Source: Thermodesulfobacteriota bacterium
GTDB taxonomy: Bacteria; Desulfobacterota; Desulfarculia; JACQYL01
Reading direction: 5' to 3'
NCBI GenBank assembly: GCA_963675595.2
Contig: CAXXLZ010000002.1
Location: forward strand, 2,592,001-2,656,000
DNA: 64,000 nucleotides
Part shown: piece after piece, positions 1-8,794 of the stretch
Layout of the letters: each line of letters opens with the position of its first letter
Position numbering within the stretch: position 1 is the stretch's first letter
Position numbers and translations under genes: made by a program
Notes under the pieces: generated by a model
Databases searched by the model: none
The model's input: the letters and a program-made list of their open reading frames with translations, nothing else
Told to the model about the DNA's origin: nothing

Positions 1-192
1 GAAGAGTTCGATGTGGACCGTTTTCTGCCTCCCGGGAAGAAACTTCCCGAAGCCCTTGCGGAGATCGAGGAGAAGATGTTGCGCCGCGCGTTGCTCCAGT
101 GCGGAAATGTACAAACCCGTGCCGCGGAGTTGCTGGGTATCGAGAAGAATCTACTGCGCTACAAAATGAAAAAATACAACATCGTGATTTGA
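1..192 (+). CDS. 3' end of a sigma54-dependent (NtrC/Fis-HTH) transcriptional activator, truncated by the window edge
   Basis: Frame 1 reads ...LAEIEEKMLRRALLQCGNVQTRAAELLGIEKNLLRYKMKKYNIVI*, a typical Fis-type HTH of bEBPs; TGA at 190-192. Confidence 0.85.
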   Translation, partial: EEFDVDRFLPPGKKLPEALAEIEEKMLRRALLQCGNVQTRAAELLGIEKNLLRYKMKKYNIVI

Positions 193-412
193 ACCGGAGC
201 TGATCGCTCCGGGAAAGACGGCTGATACGAAAATTCTTTTACTCGTAATTGATCAAAGATTGCGGTTGGTTGCAGCAAGCCTGCACTGAAAAACGACTGT
301 TTTGTAAAATCTTTTTTACTTAATAGGGGACTTTGTAAGGCGGCGGCGGAAAGGACGATAAAAAGGCGGGAAAATCCGCAAGGTTATTCCGGCTGGAAAG
401 AGGCTCCATAGC

Positions 413-428
413 CGGCCCGAATATTGCA
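413..428 (+). promoter_or_regulatory. putative sigma54 (-24/-12) promoter
   Basis: CGGCCCGAATATTGCA fits TGGCACG-N4-TTGCW with exact GG-N10-GC spacing, 220 bp downstream of a bEBP gene. Confidence 0.65.
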
Positions 429-438
429 TCACGAATAG

Positions 439-541
439 GCGTAACCTCCCAAAACGGTAGGCGACTTTTTCATAACTCTTTTCTCCTTTCTTGTTGGATC
501 CAACCGGGCCGAAGCGGTTCGGTTGGGTCTTTCTTTTTCTT
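439..541 (+). ncRNA. candidate ~100-nt sigma54-dependent small RNA
   Basis: Lies between the sigma54 motif and a + strand intrinsic terminator; no ORF on +; contains a CU-rich tract complementary to SD+AUG (UUUUCAUAACUCUUUUCUCCUUUC). Confidence 0.5.
497..541 (+). terminator. intrinsic terminator (+ strand)
   Basis: 15-bp stem GATCCAACCGGGCCG-AAG-CGGTTCGGTTGGGTC (with G-U pairs) followed by TTTCTTTTTCTT. Confidence 0.75.
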
Positions 542-570
542 GCGGTCGAAACCGCTCTCCTCTTCCCCCC

Positions 571-620
571 AAAAATAAAGAACCCTCCCGGAGGCCGGTT
601 CTCGGCCGCCGGGAGGGGTT
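571..620 (-). terminator. intrinsic terminator of the flagellin gene
   Basis: Hairpin AACCCTCCCGGAGGCCG...CGGCCGCCGGGAGGGGTT followed on the - strand by CTTTATTTTT, 15 bp past the flagellin stop. Confidence 0.75.
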
Positions 621-634
621 GAAGGGACCGTACT

Positions 635-3505
635 TTATCCGAGGAGGGACAGAATAGTCTGAGGCATGGCGTTCGCCTGGGCCAGCATGGCGGTGCCCAC
701 TTGCTGGAGAATCTGATATCGCGTCATTTCGGAAATGGCCGACGCCATATCCAGGTCGCGGATCGTAGATTCCGCCGCGAGCTGATTCTCCTCCTGGATC
801 GACAGGCTGGTCAGCGTGTGATCCAAGCGGTTAATGTATGCTCCGAGTCTGGCTCGTTCCGAAGAGACCAGCTGGATGGCCGCATCAATTCGTTCCATGG
901 CCTGGTAGGCGGAAGCTTGATTCACCACCAGGACTCCGTTCACTCCCAGGGCCATGGTATCCATTTGGGCGATATAGGCGTCCATGGTCTGGCCCTGGTT
1001 GGCGCCGATCTGGAAATCCGTGGTGGTGCTCACCACATGCAGGTATTCCGTCACTTCGCCGGGCGCGCTGTAGAAGTCGATCTCCTTGGTCGCCGAATTC
1101 CAGGAGAAATCGATGTCCACATTGGAATCCACGATAAGGTCCACGCCCTGAATGACGCCGTGCAGGATGTTGTCGCTTACGGTGTCCACGCCGATGAGCT
1201 CTCCGGTGTGGGCATTGAAGACCTGAACCGTCAACGGATCCACCGAGTCGTTCGGGTCTTGTATGGTGGCGAGACTCAAGGCGGTCAGCACATCCTCTTC
1301 GGCGCTGAAGTACAGGTAGCCGCCGGCGCCCATCTTGGGGGAACGGATGACGATGGTTCCCGGGACCGCTTCCTGAGTATCTTCGGTGGGGTTGACCACC
1401 AAGTCGGTCACGTGATTGATCCCGTTGGAGTCTTTGGCCTCTCCGAGATTCAGGCCCGCCCAGCCCTGCGCGGTTTTCTCGAGGCTGATGATCTGCTCGA
1501 TCTTGTCCGCCAGTTCCTGAAGCGTATCTCCACCGTCGATATAGAAGGAAGCCTGATCTCCGTTCGCCGTGTAGATGTCGATCCATTTGCCGTTTTCACC
1601 CAACACGAAGTTCCCGTCGGAGTCATAGAACCGATCGATTTTGGAGAGCAGCGTGTCCGGACCCGCCGCGTCTCCCGAGCCCAGGACCGAGACGTTGGTG
1701 CTCTGGCTCTGGAAGACGGAACCGATAGTCACATCCATGGAGCCGAACTCGATTCGTCCTTCCGAGTCCATGGAGGCATAGGTCAGCGTGGTCGTCTCGC
1801 CTTCCGGAATTGCCCCCAAGTCTTCCCACAACCCGTGGTTGAAGGTCGGGTAATCCGCTCCTGCATATCCTTCCCGGCTATCCCAGTCGCCGTCGGAATT
1901 CTGCACGCGACTCCATTCACTGGCGGGACCGGTCAGACGCACCATATTGCCGGTGGCCGCTGGAATCTGATCCTGAAGTCCGAGCAGGAACTTGTCTCCC
2001 ACCTTGAACGTGCCGTTGAAATTCAGGCCGAATCGGTTCGCCGTGGAGCCCTGATCCATCAAGATGGTGCTTCCTTCGGCATAGTCCACGTAGGTGGTCC
2101 AGGTGGCGCCTTCGTCCCAGGAAACTCTGAAGTCCACAGAGCCGCTGGCACCCTCACCCGTGACTTCAATGATCACGTAGCGGTTTTCCGTCACGGCCAC
2201 GCTGCTGCCGGCTATGTCGATAGCGGTGATTTCGGCCGTTGATTCGTTGTTCCGGTAAGCGCCCAGCAGGAAGCCCATGTCCGATGTGGTCAAAGCCGCC
2301 AGACCGCTGCCGATGTCCGAATTGGCCACGGTGACGATGTCGTAGTCACCCGCCGCCAGACTGGAGGCATTGGATACGGACTCAAGCAACAGATTATCCG
2401 CCGGATTGGAATTGTCCGTTCCGAAGGTGCCTGCCACACCGGAGTTCACGCTGCCCGCGGCAACGGTAAGCAGATCGAAATCGCTGAATTTCACCGCATT
2501 GTTGAAAATGCTGGAAGAGGATGAGCTGAGTTCCCCGCCGGCCCAGTTGTGAATCTCATTCTGCCATTCGGCCGTTCCCGAACCCACTCCGCCCCCGACG
2601 GACGTAACCAGGTTCAAAGTGTAGTTGTCGCTGCCGTCCGTGGTATCCTTCGAGCGGATGATGATATCCCCCGACGAGAGGAGCTCCGCCTCCACATAAA
2701 GACTGATGGTGGCATGCTCGTTGATGCTCCGGACCAGTACTTCGGCATCGGTGAATCCATTGACGCTGCTTCCGGGAACACCCGAAAGGGAGGTGACTGC
2801 AATATCGTAATTATTGGACGGGTTTCCGTCGAAATTGAACCGGAAGGTCAACGTTCCCCTGGCGGTCACTTCGCCGTCGGTACCCAGGTTGAAGCGGAAC
2901 TGATTCGGGCTGCCGTCTTCCCTCTGTGAAATGGCCCCTTCCTTGATCTTGAAGATGTCCGTCTTGAGGACATGATTGGGAAGAGGTTCGGCGCTCTTGA
3001 CCAGTTTATAGTTGCCCTCGCTGACCTGTCCCCGAATGACGGCGGTAATGTCGTTGCCGTCCGTGCTCCAGAGGGCCGAGGCGGAACCGTCCAACAACTT
3101 CTTTGTATTGAATTCCGTCGAATAAGCGATACGGTCGATTTCCTCTTTGAGCTGATCGACCTCCGCTTGAAGTTCCTGTCGATCGTTGCTCGTGAGGACG
3201 CCGTTGGCCGCCTGCACGGCCAGTTCCCGCATCCTTTGTAGAATCGAGTGAGTTTCGCCGAGTGAGCCTTCCGCCACCTGAAGCATGGACTGAGCATCCA
3301 TGGCGTTCCGGCTGGCTGTGGCAAGACCGCGAATCTGCGTTCTTAATCTCTCGGAGATGGCGAGACCGGAAGGATCGTCGGCTGCTGAGTTGATTCTGAG
3401 CCCAGTGGAGAGGTGGGCCAAGGCGTTCTGCAGATGTTTGGTGCTACCGACCAAAGCCTGCTGGGCCGTGAAGGCGGCCAAATTGTTAACAACTGAAAGT
3501 CCCAT
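635..3505 (-). CDS. fliC: giant flagellin (956 aa) with very large central variable region
   Basis: N-terminal [30 protein letters not shown]...[14 protein letters not shown]; C-terminal FQIGANQGQ...[13 protein letters not shown]...STIRDLDMA...MLAQAN; ATG 3505 preceded by CAAGGAGGA. Confidence 0.95.
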   Translation of the reverse strand: MGLSVVNNLAAFTAQQALVGSTKHLQNALAHLSTGLRINSAADDPSGLAISERLRTQIRGLATASRNAMDAQSMLQVAEGSLGETHSILQRMRELAVQAANGVLTSNDRQELQAEVDQLKEEIDRIAYSTEFNTKKLLDGSASALWSTDGNDITAVIRGQVSEGNYKLVKSAEPLPNHVLKTDIFKIKEGAISQREDGSPNQFRFNLGTDGEVTARGTLTFRFNFDGNPSNNYDIAVTSLSGVPGSSVNGFTDAEVLVRSINEHATISLYVEAELLSSGDIIIRSKDTTDGSDNYTLNLVTSVGGGVGSGTAEWQNEIHNWAGGELSSSSSSIFNNAVKFSDFDLLTVAAGSVNSGVAGTFGTDNSNPADNLLLESVSNASSLAAGDYDIVTVANSDIGSGLAALTTSDMGFLLGAYRNNESTAEITAIDIAGSSVAVTENRYVIIEVTGEGASGSVDFRVSWDEGATWTTYVDYAEGSTILMDQGSTANRFGLNFNGTFKVGDKFLLGLQDQIPAATGNMVRLTGPASEWSRVQNSDGDWDSREGYAGADYPTFNHGLWEDLGAIPEGETTTLTYASMDSEGRIEFGSMDVTIGSVFQSQSTNVSVLGSGDAAGPDTLLSKIDRFYDSDGNFVLGENGKWIDIYTANGDQASFYIDGGDTLQELADKIEQIISLEKTAQGWAGLNLGEAKDSNGINHVTDLVVNPTEDTQEAVPGTIVIRSPKMGAGGYLYFSAEEDVLTALSLATIQDPNDSVDPLTVQVFNAHTGELIGVDTVSDNILHGVIQGVDLIVDSNVDIDFSWNSATKEIDFYSAPGEVTEYLHVVSTTTDFQIGANQGQTMDAYIAQMDTMALGVNGVLVVNQASAYQAMERIDAAIQLVSSERARLGAYINRLDHTLTSLSIQEENQLAAESTIRDLDMASAISEMTRYQILQQVGTAMLAQANAMPQTILSLLG

Positions 3506-3766
3506 GGTTAATCCTCCTTGATAAAGTACACGGGGGAGTCCCTTCCCCAGCGCCGACGAACGGCTGCCCGACCGACGGATAGGCGTCCCTTTGCCCACCC
3601 GTCTTTAGTCAGGCGGCGGCATCGGCAGCAACAGGCCGCATCTTCGCTCCGAAATCCGAAACCGTCCGCCTGGTTTTACTTCACTATTCATTCTGTTCCC
3701 TCGTTGGCACCGTCCGGCTGTTTTGATTCCATTTCATTTCAGTAAGAACGGTGCTGTTTGCTTTTT

Positions 3767-3793
3767 GTATCGTCAAAGTGATGTAAAACTTTA
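3767..3793 (-). promoter_or_regulatory. putative sigma28 (FliA) promoter of flagellin
   Basis: - strand TAAA-GTTTTACATCACTTT(15)-GACGATAC vs consensus TAAA-N15-GCCGATAA. Confidence 0.7.
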
Positions 3794-4408
3794 CTTACGT
3801 GTCTAAATTTTTTCCTTTCTCACAAAAATCGGCTGTGCAACCGCCATCTCATTTCCATCTTCGGCCCTCCCGGTTCCATCCGGAAGCACCGGAAGACGTT
3901 GCGCCAAGGCTCGCTCCAACAGGGAGAATTATCAATCACGCCATTTAAAAGCAGCCTCGGACGCTTTACTTGAAGCCACTAAAACAAACGTCCCGGTTAC
4001 CTTTCTTATCGTCTTACCGGCTGTATCACTTTAGCTTTCGTAATAAAAAGGAACCTTTTTTGCGCGAATACGCTTGTCGGAATCGACTGTCCCAAGTCTA
4101 TCTAATTGTTATTCCATTCTATTTTTGGTATCTCGGGAATTCTACGGGGCCATTCGGGAGAAGCAGAGGAAGAATAATCGGCCACAGAAGCGCCGATAAG
4201 AGGCTTAAGATAAGACTAAATCGCCTATTTCTTGTACCAATATGGCGAAACTACTTCTTCTTTGTTTCGACCAAACCGGTGCGATCATACCAATTTTACC
4301 TGCTGTTACAGTAAGTTAAACAACAGCAATGGGCTTGGATTACGGCGAACAAAATGGCGGGAAAACTTGAATTTTGATTCGGTACCGGCGAGTCGACTTT
4401 TCAACTTC

Positions 4409-4870
4409 TCAATTCAGCAAAACTCGCTCATCGCCGTCCGTGGAACGAAACACCCCCGACCCTTTGGACAGACGGGCCTGGAGCAGGGCGGAGTGGTCCG
4501 CGTTACGGACCGTCAGCAGGAACATGTCCCGGTATCTCAGCAAGGGCTTTTCAAAGTAGCCGAAAATATTCGGGTCGTTCAGTTCATTGAAGGTGCCGGA
4601 CTCCTCCATCTCATATAGCAGGATCACGCGAAAAAAGGGATTGGCCGCACGTAACTCTCGAAGAACGGATTCCGAATAGCGACGATAGGTGCCGTGCGAC
4701 AAAACGACCACACGAAATCCCGAGATGTTTACCCACTCTCCACGATTTTGCGGATCGGCCCGTTGCACCCGAAACCCTTTACGAAGCAGGTAGAAGGTCA
4801 GAAGCTCGCTGAACTCCTCCTCGCGCTCCAGAAGCAACACCCCTCCGGGGCTGGTTTCCGTCGCCGTCAT
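4409..4870 (-). CDS. stand-alone degenerate receiver-like (pseudo-REC) protein
   Basis: REC-like pattern VLLLEREEEFSELLTFYLLRKGFRV...VVVLSHG...RVILLY...GYFEKP; acidic pocket and phospho-Asp not conserved; SD GGGAGG before ATG 4870. Confidence 0.6.
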   Translation of the reverse strand: MTATETSPGGVLLLEREEEFSELLTFYLLRKGFRVQRADPQNRGEWVNISGFRVVVLSHGTYRRYSESVLRELRAANPFFRVILLYEMEESGTFNELNDPNIFGYFEKPLLRYRDMFLLTVRNADHSALLQARLSKGSGVFRSTDGDERVLLN

Positions 4871-5101
4871 TACATTCCTCCCGCAAGTCATGGGCAAAAT
4901 GGTGACCGTTCATTGAACCGAATAACCGCCGTGGCGAACAGGCCCGTAGACCGCTCCACCCGGAAGATGTAACTCTCGCTTCCGCCTCCATTCCGAAACG
5001 CGCCTACGGACCGGGACCGCCGTCGAGAGATCGCGATCACAAGAAGATTGCCGACCCCCTGACCATATTCCGCGCAATCGGTGCGTTTCAACCAACATAA
5101 T

Positions 5102-5118
5102 AGCAAATAGCGAGCCGG
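5102..5118 (-). promoter_or_regulatory. putative sigma54 promoter for the pseudo-receiver gene
   Basis: - strand CCGGCTCGCTATTTGCT (GG-N10-GC); imperfect palindrome TGCTCA-AAGAT-TGGGCA at 5233-5249 is a plausible upstream activator site. Confidence 0.55.
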
Positions 5119-5295
5119 CAAGCCATAAAATAGGCATTGATACTTCAAAATCCTGAACCATGCTACTTTTCAAGAGATTTTCTTCGGTCTACAGGGAGAG
5201 GGCCCCGCATATCCGCGGCACAAGCGAATAACTGCTCAAAGATTGGGCAACTAGTGGGGATTTGGCCAACATTTATTGATCGGAAACTGCGCAGA

Positions 5296-6669
5296 TCAAT
5301 CTTCTTCCGAGAGCCCGTAGAGCTTGATCTTCGCAATCAGGGTGTTCCGGCTCACTCCGAGAAGCTTTGCGGCCTTGCTCTGATTATACCCGGTCTTCAC
5401 AAGAGCCAGATGGATCACATGGCGTTCCATTTCTTTTAGATTCAAAGACCCGAGCCGGGGCTCCTTTTCCGTCTCCGTCGGCAGGTGACGCGATACATCC
5501 TCACTCCGAATCATTTCGTGTCTGCATGACACGCTCGCCCGAACCACCACGTTGCGCAGTTCCCGCACATTGCCCGGCCAGTCATGGGAACACAGCTGGT
5601 CCAGGGCGTGACTCGTCAGGCCTTTGATCTTGAGTCCCGATTCTTCGTTGAACACCTCCACAAAACGTCGAGCCAGCACGACAATATCTTCTTTTCGTTC
5701 TCTCAGGGGTTGAAGCTGAATTCGATACATATTGATTCGATAGTAGAGATCCTGCCGAAAGGAACCTTTTTCAATGGCCTTTTCGAGATCCTGATTTGTC
5801 GCGGTGATCAAACGAAAGTCGCTGTAGTGTCGTCGGCTGCTGCCCACAGGGTGAAAGGTCTTCTCTTCGAGGACCCGCAGAAGCTTGGTTTGAAGCGACG
5901 ACGAGGCGTCACCCATTTCATCCAGAAACAAGGTCCCGCCGTGAGCCATTTCGAAGAATCCCACCCCCTTCTCCACAGCACCGGTATACGCTCCCCGAGT
6001 ATGCCCGAAAAGCGTGCTTTCCAGAAGATTCTCCGGCAATTCGGTGCAGTTCACCGCCAGGAATCCCCGGCTCGATCGAGCGCTTAAATCATGAACCGCC
6101 CGAGCCACGAGGCCCTTCCCCGTGCCGGTTTCACCCGTAATCAACAGAGGGATGTCGAAGGGAGCCACTTCCATGACCACGTTACGCACGTTGCGGATGT
6201 TGTCGGAGACTCCCAGGATTCTTTGGTGGATTTTCGGGACGTGCGTGCTTTCCTGACGAAGACGGCTCAGCTCTCTCTCCTGTCTCGCCTTGAGAACCGC
6301 CTCTTTCAAAGTCCTCCAGAAAAGCTCCTGGTCCCGCTTGATGGGCTTTTCAAAAAAATGATAAGCACCCTCCTTCACCACCTCCACGGCCAGTTCGGAA
6401 CTCCCGTACTGGGTGATCAGTATTACCGGAATTTGAGGATCGCGGTCCCGAATTACGCGGAAAAAGTCGAGTCCGTCCAGGTCCGGCATGGAGACGTCGG
6501 TAACCACCACGTCCCATTCCCCGACGGAAAGCTGATTGATGGCCGCCAAAGGAGAGGAACAGGTGATGAAGTTCAGCCCGTTCCCCTTTCCCATTCGCTT
6601 CATCAGCTCCAAGAACTCGGGATTGTCATCCACCAGTAGTATGGCGGCGTCGGAGAAATCATAGTTCAT
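5296..6669 (-). CDS. sigma54-dependent response regulator (REC-AAA+-HTH, NtrC family)
   Basis: LLVDD...VVTDVSMPD receiver; GETGTGK Walker A; ESTLFGHTRGAYTGA; LFLDE; WPGNVREL; C-terminal Fis HTH. Confidence 0.95.
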   Translation of the reverse strand: MNYDFSDAAILLVDDNPEFLELMKRMGKGNGLNFITCSSPLAAINQLSVGEWDVVVTDVSMPDLDGLDFFRVIRDRDPQIPVILITQYGSSELAVEVVKEGAYHFFEKPIKRDQELFWRTLKEAVLKARQERELSRLRQESTHVPKIHQRILGVSDNIRNVRNVVMEVAPFDIPLLITGETGTGKGLVARAVHDLSARSSRGFLAVNCTELPENLLESTLFGHTRGAYTGAVEKGVGFFEMAHGGTLFLDEMGDASSSLQTKLLRVLEEKTFHPVGSSRRHYSDFRLITATNQDLEKAIEKGSFRQDLYYRINMYRIQLQPLRERKEDIVVLARRFVEVFNEESGLKIKGLTSHALDQLCSHDWPGNVRELRNVVVRASVSCRHEMIRSEDVSRHLPTETEKEPRLGSLNLKEMERHVIHLALVKTGYNQSKAAKLLGVSRNTLIAKIKLYGLSEED

Positions 6670-6673
6670 CTTC

Positions 6674-8488
6674 TCAACTCACATCCGGAATCTTAGGCAA
6701 ATCGCCGCCGGCTTGTGGTGCCGCATTTGCTCCGAGCCCGCTTCTGCTCGAAACCGGCAGTCTGATATGGAACGCTGCGCCCGACCCATAGTCGGCGTAC
6801 TCGATATCTCCATCATGGGCCTTAAGCACGGATCGCGCGATGGTAAGCCCCAAACCGGTTCCGCTATCGCCTTTTGTGGAAAAAAAAGGATCGAACACCT
6901 TCACCCGTAACTCCTCGGAAACTCCCGGCCCCGAGTCCCGAATCTCCACCGCAACCCAAGCCTGCTCGGCTCGAGCCGAAATCCGCACTATTCCTCCTTC
7001 CGGCATGGCATCCACGGCATTGGTCACCAAGTTGTCAAAAACGTGCTCCAGAAGCCCCGGGTCCCCCTCCACCAATGGGAGCCCCGGTTCCACGGTCAAA
7101 TCGGCCTTAACGCCGTTCTTCGCCAGGAGGGGGGCATTCTGGTCCAGAACCGAGTTCAGAAAAGGTCCCAAGGGCAGGGGCTCGGGGCGTATCCGCCGCG
7201 CCCTGGAAAACCGCGAAAGGTCTCGGCAAAGCCGATCGATCTTTTCAACATTCCTCTCCACCGCCTCGAAAAATTTGCGGTCCGACTCGGAAACCGTCTG
7301 CTCCCGGTGCAGGTCCAACCACATGGCTATATTGGTAAGGCGGTTTCCTATTTCATGGTTCACTTTGCTCGCAGCTTCCCCAAGAGCCGCAAGACCCTCC
7401 AGCCGCGCCTTGTCCTCGACGGCTTTTCGCTCCCGTTCCATATGTTCCACCAAGCTCCGTCTCATACGGTCGAATTCACGCGCCAATTGAGCAATTTCTC
7501 CTTTGCCGCGCGCAGGCACCTCCGCACTGAAATCGCCTGAAGAAATGGCCATGGTGGAGCGATGCAACTCTTTTAGGGGACGAAGGAATCTTCGCGAAAA
7601 TGCCACGCTGAGGAGAGCGGAAACCCAAATCATAAGACCCGCGATGAGTCCTCCTTCGATATACAGATCCATTTCATGAAAAAAGAGACTCGCTTCGGGG
7701 GTACTCAACAACAGAACCCAGTCCATGCCTGGAAGCAGTTTAGCGGTGAGATAGGTTTTCCGGTCTCCCGTACCATCGGTCCAATGAGCTTCCCGTTTGT
7801 CCCCCAAACGTTTCCTGAGGTATCCGTAGGATCTTTCGGAGCGCCGGAAGGTATCTTGAAGATGGTTGGAGCAAAGCACCTTCCCCGAAGAATCAATGAT
7901 CTCGGCCCGCAGCCCGGGAATACCCGAAGCATCGGAAAAGACCTGGAGAAAATGGACGGCGTCAACCTCCATGAAAAGCACTCCCTTTTCCGATGTGGGG
8001 GAGCCAACCGGAGCTGCAGCATAGATAACGGGCAAGCCAAGCTCGGACTTCACCATCCCCCATACACGCGTTGCTGCCGGAAAAGGCCCGTTTCCTTTTT
8101 GAGCCGCGTAGATTCTCTCGATTTCCCGGAATTTGGGCACACTGGCGTTTTCAACGACGCCGTCCGATCGAAGCAAAGCGATGAAGTTGACGCCGTCAAG
8201 ACGGTCCCGCACCGAATGCATCAAGATCATTTGTTCCCAGGAATCCAGGTTTCCCAGTTCCACCACGGTGCTTAACACCTCGGCCCGCGTGCGGACCTCA
8301 TCCACGAAACCCGAAACCTGGTTTCCTATGGCTCTGCACAGGTCCCGCTGATATTCCCGGCCCTGAACCAAGCTCGATTTTCGGCTGATGGCCGTGAACA
8401 AACCGGCAGTCAAGCCCACGCTGAAAACGATCAGGGGGACTATGATGCCTAACAGTTTAAAATGGAGACTGTGTCGTAGACCGTTCAT
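6674..8488 (-). CDS. membrane sensor histidine kinase (periplasmic Cache-like, HAMP, HisKA, HATPase)
   Basis: Two TM segments; HAMP (RPLKEL...GEIAQLAREFDRM); H-box VNHEIGNRL; NLVTNAVDAM, DSGPG, FDPFFSTK, GTGLGL; start may be 8488 or 8500. Confidence 0.93.
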   Translation of the reverse strand: MNGLRHSLHFKLLGIIVPLIVFSVGLTAGLFTAISRKSSLVQGREYQRDLCRAIGNQVSGFVDEVRTRAEVLSTVVELGNLDSWEQMILMHSVRDRLDGVNFIALLRSDGVVENASVPKFREIERIYAAQKGNGPFPAATRVWGMVKSELGLPVIYAAAPVGSPTSEKGVLFMEVDAVHFLQVFSDASGIPGLRAEIIDSSGKVLCSNHLQDTFRRSERSYGYLRKRLGDKREAHWTDGTGDRKTYLTAKLLPGMDWVLLLSTPEASLFFHEMDLYIEGGLIAGLMIWVSALLSVAFSRRFLRPLKELHRSTMAISSGDFSAEVPARGKGEIAQLAREFDRMRRSLVEHMERERKAVEDKARLEGLAALGEAASKVNHEIGNRLTNIAMWLDLHREQTVSESDRKFFEAVERNVEKIDRLCRDLSRFSRARRIRPEPLPLGPFLNSVLDQNAPLLAKNGVKADLTVEPGLPLVEGDPGLLEHVFDNLVTNAVDAMPEGGIVRISARAEQAWVAVEIRDSGPGVSEELRVKVFDPFFSTKGDSGTGLGLTIARSVLKAHDGDIEYADYGSGAAFHIRLPVSSRSGLGANAAPQAGGDLPKIPDVS

Positions 8489-8794
8489 GCGAGCAAACAA
8501 GCCGTTCGGGTATTGGTGAACCCGCTTGACAGTAGTATTTCAGGATAGGTAAGGTGAATTAATGGTTGAGTCTTTTGGAAATGCTCTCGGAAGTCAAGCC
8601 GTTTCATCCAACGCGCCTCCGGTTCCTGAACTCCCGGAACGAAGGCCCGGACGCGACCGTAACGCCTCGACGCATTAGAGAACGATTTGAGGCCACGCTT
8701 TTTCAGTTTCCATGCATCGTCTCCCTCTGCAATCGGAAGTCATGCCCGTTTAAGATTCCTTCCCGCTCTTATAGGATTGCCTGCATTCCCCTGG

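Noticed and set aside
701-2242. 513-aa + strand ORF and many other long antisense ORFs (e.g. 36182-37408, 58061-59791, 20454-21545)
   Set aside because: Shadow frames opposite well-supported genes in GC-rich DNA; no recognisable motifs
3560-3610. GGGCAAAGGGACGCC in the flagellin leader resembling a c-di-GMP-I (GEMM) riboswitch
   Set aside because: The GNRA-capped P2 hairpin between GGCAAA and GGGACGC and the following AAAG/P3 are missing; better explained as a CsrA hairpin
3800-4408. AT-richer 600-bp intergenic region with short ORFs
   Set aside because: ORFs lack SD and motifs; no repeats or RNA structure I can support
4888-5173. 86-87 aa - strand ORFs between the NtrC gene and the pseudo-receiver
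   Set aside because: They overlap the predicted sigma54 promoter, lack an SD and show no motifs
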